IMG/VR virus record: IMGVR_UViG_3300048579_000395
Coordinates: 1 to 44,030 of that record
DNA: 44,030 nucleotides
Strand: one strand, 5' to 3'
Source: a virus
Taxonomy: Duplodnaviria > Caudoviricetes
Part shown: piece by piece, positions 6,881 through 13,460 of the stretch
Layout of the letters: the number at the start of each line of letters is the position of its first letter
How positions within the stretch are numbered: position 1 is the first letter of the stretch
Notes under the pieces: generated by a model
Told to the model about the DNA's origin: nothing
Seen by the model: the letters and a program-made list of their open reading frames with translations, nothing else
Database searches by the model: none
Made by a program: the position numbers and the translations under genes

Positions 6881-7150
6881 ATGAGCATCAAGCCCGACAT
6901 GTGGCGTACCCGCGAAGCCCTATCACTAGGGGTTGTGGCCCGTCGCATCGGTATCACGGGCAGGAACCCGAACCGCACCCTGCAACGCTACGAGACCGGG
7001 GAAAGCCCGGCGCCGGTGGCGGTGATCGACGCTTACCGTGACCTCTCGGGGGGAGAGGTCACGGCCGAGGACTGGCTCGACGTCCGTCGCGCCTGGTTGA
7101 ACGCCCATTCCCCCGCGCTCCGCACGCCGAGGGGGGCGGGCGAGCGCTGA
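6881..7150 (+). CDS. Cro-like HTH protein
   Basis: LSLGVVARRIG...RTLQRYETGE; SGGEVTAEDW tail; divergent from cI. Confidence 0.8.
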   Translation: MSIKPDMWRTREALSLGVVARRIGITGRNPNRTLQRYETGESPAPVAVIDAYRDLSGGEVTAEDWLDVRRAWLNAHSPALRTPRGAGER

Positions 7151-7221
7151 TCCAAACACCCCGCGTTCTTGTGCGTTCGCCGCCTCGCGCGATCCCGCGA
7201 GGTCCGCCGGAGTGCGCCCGC

Positions 7222-7728
7222 ATGTCCGCCTCTGCCAAGCTCGCCGCCGTCCTGCAGGGCCTGCCCGTGCAGCGCCGCGCCGCCGTCAAGCGGGTGGTGA
7301 CCTGCACACAGGCGGCGCGCCTCGTCTCACGTGCCGCCAAGGGCCAGGACGTGCACGCCCTCGCTTATCTGCAAATGTGCGGCGCCCTCGCGATCGACGC
7401 TGTGACCGGCGAGGCGCTGCCGGCCTCGGCGCCGTTGCGCATCCCGACCGAAATCAACTGGCCGATTTTTGCTTTCGGCGTGCGCGGCGCCCGCATTCTC
7501 GCCGGCGACGCCAGCGTGCGCGACTTCGCGGCACAAGTCGGCGTGTCGCCGGCAACGGTGTCGCGCGCCGAGAACGGCAAAGAACTGTCGGCACAAGCCT
7601 ATCTCGCCCTCGTCGCCGCCATCGGGGTGCCGCCGCACTACTACGTGCAGGGCTTTCGCGATCAAGGGTTCGCCGCCGTGGCTTCATCGACCGTGGTTTC
7701 ACGGGAAACGCCTGCTGAAACACCTTGA
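7222..7728 (+). CDS. XRE-family regulator with a duplicated HTH
   Basis: SVRDFAAQVGVSPATVSRAENG; N-terminal half repeats the VSRA..G....AYL pattern; GGAG RBS. Confidence 0.8.
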   Translation: MSASAKLAAVLQGLPVQRRAAVKRVVTCTQAARLVSRAAKGQDVHALAYLQMCGALAIDAVTGEALPASAPLRIPTEINWPIFAFGVRGARILAGDASVRDFAAQVGVSPATVSRAENGKELSAQAYLALVAAIGVPPHYYVQGFRDQGFAAVASSTVVSRETPAETP

Positions 7729-7746
7729 AAACAAAGGGAGGGTTCA

Positions 7747-7983
7747 ATGTCCGAACGTGACATCAAGCTGATCGGCGCCCTCGCGATGGCGAGCGTGGCA
7801 CCGGCCGCCTCGCCCTCGGTGCGTGTCATCACCGACGCGGCCGGCGGCGTCGAGCGCTTCGTGCCGGTGCGCGGCCCTGTCCAGGACGAAACCGCCTCGT
7901 GTGCGCCGCTCGCTGCGGCCGGCATGGCTGCGATCGAGGGGCGCGCTGCGGTGCCGCTCGTTGACGACGAGGGCGTGTCATGA
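7747..7983 (+). CDS. Hypothetical protein
   Basis: GGGAGG RBS. Confidence 0.65.
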   Translation: MSERDIKLIGALAMASVAPAASPSVRVITDAAGGVERFVPVRGPVQDETASCAPLAAAGMAAIEGRAAVPLVDDEGVS

Positions 7984-8132
7984 ACCTCGCCGCTCTCGTG
8001 TTCGTCGCCGAGATCGTCGTCGCCATCGCGTTGATCTGGGCTGTGGTGTCGTGCGACGGCGCCGACTGCCGGCGTTTCCGGGCGCTGCGGCTGCGCCTGC
8101 GGGCGCACCTCCGTATCGGCGGTGCGCCATGA
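7980..8132 (+). CDS. Small membrane protein, 50 aa (not in ORF track)
   Basis: MNLAALVFVAEIVVAIALIWAVV...; ATGA overlaps at both ends. Confidence 0.55.
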   Translation: MNLAALVFVAEIVVAIALIWAVVSCDGADCRRFRALRLRLRAHLRIGGAP

Positions 8133-8620
8133 CGGCGGCGGTCGACGATGGCACTTACACGATCCGCGTCAGTCCCGCGGTATTCGACGAGCTCGCCGGA
8201 AAGCTTCACTCCGGCGCAGACGCGGCCGAGCGCTTCCCGTTCGGTATCCTCTTTAGGGATGTCTTGATCCGGCGTGATTGCGTCCCTCAGCTTTCATCAC
8301 GCGCCGTCCCCGCACCCCTGTCGAGGGTGCTCCTCGATCTCGCCACCCTCGCCGAGAAGGTCGTCGCGAAGCCTTATGTGGCGTTCGGCTTTCGGCCGCA
8401 GATCGAGGCGGTTGCCGCCGAGGTCCATGTCGCCATCGCTCGCCCGGCCGAGAGTGGCCGCCTGATCGGCGAGGAGGCGCGCGTCTTGGTGATGGCCCTC
8501 GACGCGCTCGCCCGCGGCGACCGGCGGGCGCCCTGGGACGCCATCGCGCTTCTGATCATTCCGCCGGTCAAAGCCAACGCCTACGCGGCGTTCGAAGCCG
8601 AGCAACACCCGACACCCTGA
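8129..8620 (+). CDS. Hypothetical protein
   Basis: ATGA-coupled start. Confidence 0.6.
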   Translation: MTAAVDDGTYTIRVSPAVFDELAGKLHSGADAAERFPFGILFRDVLIRRDCVPQLSSRAVPAPLSRVLLDLATLAEKVVAKPYVAFGFRPQIEAVAAEVHVAIARPAESGRLIGEEARVLVMALDALARGDRRAPWDAIALLIIPPVKANAYAAFEAEQHPTP

Positions 8621-8644
8621 CTTTTCAACGCACGGGAGGTGCAA

Positions 8645-9004
8645 ATGTCACTCGACGATCTGGTGTCCAACTACGCGGCGACGCAAGAGCGTCTCGCGAC
8701 CGTGATGCGGGACTTTTGTCCGGACCGCATCGAGACGACCCTTGGCGCCATGAAGGTGACGGCGCCGCGCGTCCTCGACGACACGCTCGCGACCTCGGCG
8801 CGCGCCTTCGCGGCGGCCGTCGTCGAGGACAGCCACGCCATCGCCCGGCAGGCGGTGGCGCTCGTCGCCGCCGAGGTAGACGCGGCGCGCGAGGCGCTGT
8901 TCGCCGAGCTGACCGCCGAACGCGATGGGCAACGCACCTCTGTCGTCGAATTCATGGCGGCGTCGCGTATCCAGCGCGCCGACCGCAATACGACGGGCCT
9001 GTAG
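8645..9004 (+). CDS. Hypothetical helical protein
   Basis: GGAGGT RBS. Confidence 0.7.
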   Translation: MSLDDLVSNYAATQERLATVMRDFCPDRIETTLGAMKVTAPRVLDDTLATSARAFAAAVVEDSHAIARQAVALVAAEVDAAREALFAELTAERDGQRTSVVEFMAASRIQRADRNTTGL

Positions 9005-9006
9005 CT

Positions 9007-9498
9007 ATGGCCGGCACTGTCAACAAGGCAATCCTGGTCGGCCATCTCGGCGCCGACCCGGACATCCGCGCGACGCAAGGCGGCAACAAGGTCGCGACCT
9101 TCTCGCTCGCGACCTCGGAAAGCTGGCGCGACAAGGCGACCGGCGAACGCAAGGAACACACGGACTGGCACCGTCTGGTCGTGTGGAACGAGGCCCTGGT
9201 CAAGGTCGCGGAGCAATATCTCAAGAAAGGCTCCAAGGTCTATGTCGAGGGTGTGATCCGCACCCGCAAGTATCAGGGCAACGACGGCGCCGATCGCTAC
9301 GTGACCGAGATCGTCCTCTCGGGTTTCAACGCCACCCTCACCATGCTCGACAAGCAGCCCGGCAACGCACCGCCGCCCGCCGGCGACGACGAGCGGCCGA
9401 CCTCTGCGCTCGGCGCGCCGCCGGCGGACAGCGATCGTTCGTCGCGCCGCCCCGTCGCGGGCAAGCGCGACGATATGGACGATGAAATTCCGTTCTGA
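9007..9498 (+). CDS. ssb: Single-stranded DNA-binding protein
   Basis: MAGTVNKAILVGHLGADP...YLKKGSKVYVEG...DDEIPF. Confidence 0.97.
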   Translation: MAGTVNKAILVGHLGADPDIRATQGGNKVATFSLATSESWRDKATGERKEHTDWHRLVVWNEALVKVAEQYLKKGSKVYVEGVIRTRKYQGNDGADRYVTEIVLSGFNATLTMLDKQPGNAPPPAGDDERPTSALGAPPADSDRSSRRPVAGKRDDMDDEIPF

Positions 9499-9517
9499 CC
9501 AACGAGGAGAAACCATC

Positions 9518-10189
9518 ATGGCAGCAAAGAAACATACGAGCTGGGATCGGCGACGCGTCAGGCGCCGCCCGGGCGAAACCTACGAGGCCGCGAAGGCGCG
9601 CACAGCCGAGCCGCTCGCGGCCATCGCGGCTTTTGTGCGCGAGCGAGTTGAACGCGTGCCGTACTCGGTCGTGGATGCCGATGACATGGCGGACGCTTAC
9701 CGTCAGTGGTGTGCGAACAATGATGTGCTCCACGTCAGGGGGGATCAGTTTGCGCGCGCCCTTCGGCGGCTCGACCTTACCGAGCGCACCGACGGTCCAG
9801 TGAAGAGCTACATCAACGTGCGCTTGCGTGAGGCCCCGGCTGCGGCGGCGCCATGCGATGCGCTACCGGCGGATGCTCGGCGGGTGGCTACCGAGGAGCG
9901 CGTGCGGAACCTCACCGAATGCCTGGATGGGCTCGCGCGCTATGCGGTGATGAGCGCCGAGCACCTGACCTTGGCGAGTGAGCTGGCCAGGGCTTCACGG
10001 TTCCCGGAGCATGCAATCAGGTTTGCGAAGTGGGCGGGGGATTTGTTATCCGAAGTCTCACACGCTCGCGCTCTGATACGCGGCCATCAGGCGACGCCGG
10101 ACCTTGCCAGCATTCCCGGCGCACGCCTGATGCGGGCCGCCGAGCCGCCGCGGCCCGCCGCCGTCGCGGATGAAGAAATCCCCTTCTGA
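9518..10189 (+). CDS. Protein with primase-C-terminal-like winged helix and SSB-like tail
   Basis: GAGGAG RBS; similarity to the C-terminus of 13450-16284; ends DEEIPF. Confidence 0.75.
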   Translation: MAAKKHTSWDRRRVRRRPGETYEAAKARTAEPLAAIAAFVRERVERVPYSVVDADDMADAYRQWCANNDVLHVRGDQFARALRRLDLTERTDGPVKSYINVRLREAPAAAAPCDALPADARRVATEERVRNLTECLDGLARYAVMSAEHLTLASELARASRFPEHAIRFAKWAGDLLSEVSHARALIRGHQATPDLASIPGARLMRAAEPPRPAAVADEEIPF

Positions 10190-10199
10190 GGTCTGCGCG

Positions 10200-10685
10200 G
10201 TGACGTTCTCCCCCATCATCAATCTCGCCGAGGCCGCGGCGGTGCTCGCGCCGCCCGACCTCGACGATATCTTGAGCCGCACGCCGTGGTGCCGGTTGAT
10301 GCTCTCCGAGCGTCACGACATCTGGTGTCTCGTCGATCGCCAGGACTGGCCGTGGATCGTCGAGACGACGTGGAATTACGGCTGGCACGCCAACACGCCA
10401 TGGAAGCACTACGCCAAGCGCAATGTCGGCCCCGAGCGGTCGACTATCTATCTCGCCCGCGAAATCCTGTTGCGCGCCGATCCGCGCACGCTTGCCGAGA
10501 CGTGCGCACTCCATGGCGACCATATCAACGGCCAGTCGCTCGATAACCGCCGTGTCAATCTGCGCTGGCTGACGCCGCGCGAAAACCGCTTGAACCGCAT
10601 CCCCCGCGACAAGGTGCCGACGCTCGACAAGATCGTGCGCGGGCTTGGCGCGACCACGCCGGAGTTGATCGAGGCGCCATTTTGA
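10200..10685 (+). CDS. HNH endonuclease
   Basis: DHINGQSLDNRRVNLRWLTPRENRLN. Confidence 0.85.
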   Translation: MTFSPIINLAEAAAVLAPPDLDDILSRTPWCRLMLSERHDIWCLVDRQDWPWIVETTWNYGWHANTPWKHYAKRNVGPERSTIYLAREILLRADPRTLAETCALHGDHINGQSLDNRRVNLRWLTPRENRLNRIPRDKVPTLDKIVRGLGATTPELIEAPF

Positions 10686-10695
10686 GGACCGTACT

Positions 10696-10908
10696 ATGGC
10701 AATGCGGCACGTCAGAGTCACGGACATGGGCCGTGATCAAGATGATAGCGAGCGCGGACGCATCCATTACGCGGGGGCGGGCATCACGGGTTCGCACACC
10801 TTGTGTGGGCACATGGCCCGCGTTCCGTGGACATGGGAAGACACCACCAAGCCGGTCAACTGCCGAGAGTGTCTCGGCATCCGTAATCATGTGCTCGGTC
10901 GCCAATAG
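10696..10908 (+). CDS. Small putative Zn-binding protein
   Basis: GAGGA RBS; H...LCG...CREC. Confidence 0.6.
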   Translation: MAMRHVRVTDMGRDQDDSERGRIHYAGAGITGSHTLCGHMARVPWTWEDTTKPVNCRECLGIRNHVLGRQ

Positions 10909-10925
10909 CAGAGCTTAGTGAGGAC

Positions 10926-11153
10926 ATGACAATGAGCACCTCAGAGATCCGCACCCTCGGCGATGCGCTGCCGCGCGAAATGGCGCGCGTCCGCGACGAG
11001 CTGATCCCGATCTATAGCGCGATCGGTCCAGTTGGAGGCTTCGCGCTGGCGATGATGCGTCACGACCTGGATCGTGCCGCGCGCGCCATGGCGTCCGGTG
11101 ATCTCGTCGAAATGATCGCCGTCTATGAAAGCCTGAAAGGCTACAAGGCATGA
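10926..11153 (+). CDS. Hypothetical protein
   Basis: GAGGA RBS; coupled to the MTase gene. Confidence 0.7.
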   Translation: MTMSTSEIRTLGDALPREMARVRDELIPIYSAIGPVGGFALAMMRHDLDRAARAMASGDLVEMIAVYESLKGYKA

Positions 11154-12094
11154 ATACGGCCCTGGCGCGCGGCGCCGGCGCCGTCATGGCGGCGCGCATC
11201 GAACCGGCGGACAGTCTCGATTTCTTCGCCACGCCCCCATGGGCGACGCGGTCACTGTTCGAATGCGTATTCCGGCCGGTCCTCAAGATCGACCGCGTCC
11301 ATATCGCCGCCGATCCGTGTTGCGGCGAAGGCCACATGGCGGCGGTCATCGCCGAATACGTCTCGGAACTGATGCCGGTGATTGCGTCGGACATCTGCGA
11401 TTACGGCTATGGCCGCAAGCGCCCGGCCAACTTTCTCGACGAGACGATGCCGCCGGTGATCGCCGACCCGGATTGGTACATCATCAATCCGCCGTTCAAG
11501 GACGCCGCTGCCTTCGTGTGCCTCGCGCTGCGGCGGGCACGGGTCGGCGTCGCGGCGTTGTGCCGGTCGCAATGGTTCGAAGGTGCCGAGCGCTATACGA
11601 GCCTGTTTCGCCCCTATCCGCCGACGCTGATTGCGCCGTTCGTCGAGCGCGTGCCCATGGTCAAGGGCCGCTATGATCCCGACGCGTCGACGGCGACCTC
11701 CTACACCTGGTTCGTGTGGCTCGCCGGCGAATGCGCAAGCCGCACCTCAGTGCATCTGATCCCGCCCGGTCAACGGCGCTTGTTGACGCGCGCCGACGAT
11801 CGCGAGCGGTTCGCCGCCTGGTCGCTTGCGCCGCCGACGCACCGATTACGCGAGAAAATCGAGGAGATCGCGCGCGCCCTGTGCACCGCTGCTGGCGAGG
11901 ACGCGGATGGCATCGTCAAGGTGCGGCGCTACTTCACCATGCCGTATCTCGTCGCCCGCGGTGCCGCGAGCGGCGACCGCAACGACATGATCGAGGTGCC
12001 GGCATGGCGTGCGCGCATCCGCGCCGCCGACGACGCGCACGCCCACGCTTTGACGGTCCAGGCCATCGGGAGGGCGCGCCGTGAGCCGACATAG
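11150..12094 (+). CDS. SAM-dependent DNA (adenine) methyltransferase-like protein
   Basis: FFATP, motif I DPCCGEG, catalytic NPPF. Confidence 0.85.
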   Translation: MNTALARGAGAVMAARIEPADSLDFFATPPWATRSLFECVFRPVLKIDRVHIAADPCCGEGHMAAVIAEYVSELMPVIASDICDYGYGRKRPANFLDETMPPVIADPDWYIINPPFKDAAAFVCLALRRARVGVAALCRSQWFEGAERYTSLFRPYPPTLIAPFVERVPMVKGRYDPDASTATSYTWFVWLAGECASRTSVHLIPPGQRRLLTRADDRERFAAWSLAPPTHRLREKIEEIARALCTAAGEDADGIVKVRRYFTMPYLVARGAASGDRNDMIEVPAWRARIRAADDAHAHALTVQAIGRARREPT

Positions 12095-12428
12095 AGGCAT
12101 GTTCGTGCCGCCCGGCGAGGTCGAAGCCCATCTCGCCTGCGGCTGGCAACTGTCCGCCGATGTCGCCCATGACGGCGCCGTGTTCCTGGTGCCGCTCGGG
12201 GCGCCGGTCACCGCCGACGCCGCAGGCGCGCCGGTGGTGCACCACTGCGCTGAAGGCGGCGCCGGCGAGCGGGGCGGACAGTGGGCCGTGGTGTGCGTGC
12301 GCCGCTGGCTGCGCCCGGATGGCGACGTCGCCATGGTGTCGCGGGCCATCGTGGGTTGGTTCCACACACAAGCCGATGCCATCGCGCAATGTCTGCGGCT
12401 CGATGGCACTACAGGGGGTGCATCATGA
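12081..12428 (+). CDS. Hypothetical protein
   Basis: GGGAGG RBS with GTG start; fills the gap between coupled genes. Confidence 0.5.
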   Translation: MSRHRGMFVPPGEVEAHLACGWQLSADVAHDGAVFLVPLGAPVTADAAGAPVVHHCAEGGAGERGGQWAVVCVRRWLRPDGDVAMVSRAIVGWFHTQADAIAQCLRLDGTTGGAS

Positions 12429-12811
12429 GCGAGCGTTTCGAGGGTACGCTTTCGCGTGGGGAATTGGACGTCATCCTGGAGCGGCGGCGGCAGGTGAATA
12501 GCGAGGGGTTTACGCCGGAGCACGACGACGAGCACGACGATAAGTCGCTAGAGGCGGCTGCGGCCTGTTTCGCCGTGCCGAACATGGCGACAAAGACCCT
12601 TAGGGGCGAGGTCAACGTGTCCGGCGGTCGTGGTGAGACACCTGTCTGGGAAAATCGCAAGTTCGTGGTGCCGAAGTTGTGGCCTGCGTCCTGGTCGCCG
12701 GAGTGGTGGAAGCCGACAGAGTATCGCCGCTGTCTCGTCATTGCGGCGGCGTTGCTCCTCGCCGCCATCGACCGCCTCGATCGTCTCGCCGATCGCGGGC
12801 CGGCATCATGA
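12425..12811 (+). CDS. Conserved phage protein (ERRRQ..EG.TPEHDD / WWKP / RR.LV.AAAL family)
   Basis: Motifs recalled from many temperate phages; function unknown. Confidence 0.75.
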   Translation: MSERFEGTLSRGELDVILERRRQVNSEGFTPEHDDEHDDKSLEAAAACFAVPNMATKTLRGEVNVSGGRGETPVWENRKFVVPKLWPASWSPEWWKPTEYRRCLVIAAALLLAAIDRLDRLADRGPAS

Positions 12812-13095
12812 CCACGCCGCTCCTCACCTTCCGGCGGTCGTCGCCCACGATGGCGCGCGAGGTGGCGCGGCTCGGCGAAGTGATCGTCGGCGAGATCATC
12901 CCGCTGCCGCCCGGCGTGCGGCCCGCCGTGTCCTGGCGGGTGTCGCTGCCGCGCCATCCGATCCAGGGCGGCGGCGCCGCTTCGTTCGAAGCCGGGCGGC
13001 GGCAAATCCAGACCGAAACGGGTGAATGGCTGCAGCGCGCCGGGCTCCTCGATCCCGGCGCCGAGCTGCGCATCAGTGTCGAGGCGCCATCGTGA
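12808..13095 (+). CDS. Hypothetical protein
   Basis: ATGA coupling. Confidence 0.6.
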   Translation: MTTPLLTFRRSSPTMAREVARLGEVIVGEIIPLPPGVRPAVSWRVSLPRHPIQGGGAASFEAGRRQIQTETGEWLQRAGLLDPGAELRISVEAPS

Positions 13096-13460
13096 GCGAG
13101 GCGGACGCAATGGGCACCGTGGTGGCGCGGCCGGATTGCGAGGCCGTCGAGATCGACGGCATCGTGCAATGCGAACGCTGCGGTGTCGGCTGGCGTGCCG
13201 GTGGCGAGCGCAAGGCCTGCTTTCCGATCGTGACCTATTCGGACATGTGGGCCGCGATCCTGCACGAACGGCTCCATTATGCCCGCTGGCAAAAGCTGCG
13301 CATCGCTGAGGGCCGCGACCTCACGCCCGATCAAGCCGACCGCATGGCGGCCCTCGCCGCAGCCATGCGCATGATCAGTCTCATTGCCGACAACACCGAC
13401 CTGCAGGACGAAATCGTCATTGCGGTGCGGGCGTTGCGGGGGGCCGCAAATGGCAAATGA
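13092..13460 (+). CDS. Hypothetical protein with four-Cys Zn ribbon
   Basis: C...CERC...C; GTGA overlap. Confidence 0.6.
   Translation: MSEADAMGTVVARPDCEAVEIDGIVQCERCGVGWRAGGERKACFPIVTYSDMWAAILHERLHYARWQKLRIAEGRDLTPDQADRMAALAAAMRMISLIADNTDLQDEIVIAVRALRGAANGK

Noticed and set aside
7165-7178. Second LexA-like box
   Set aside because: GTTC-N6-GTTC has the wrong spacing.
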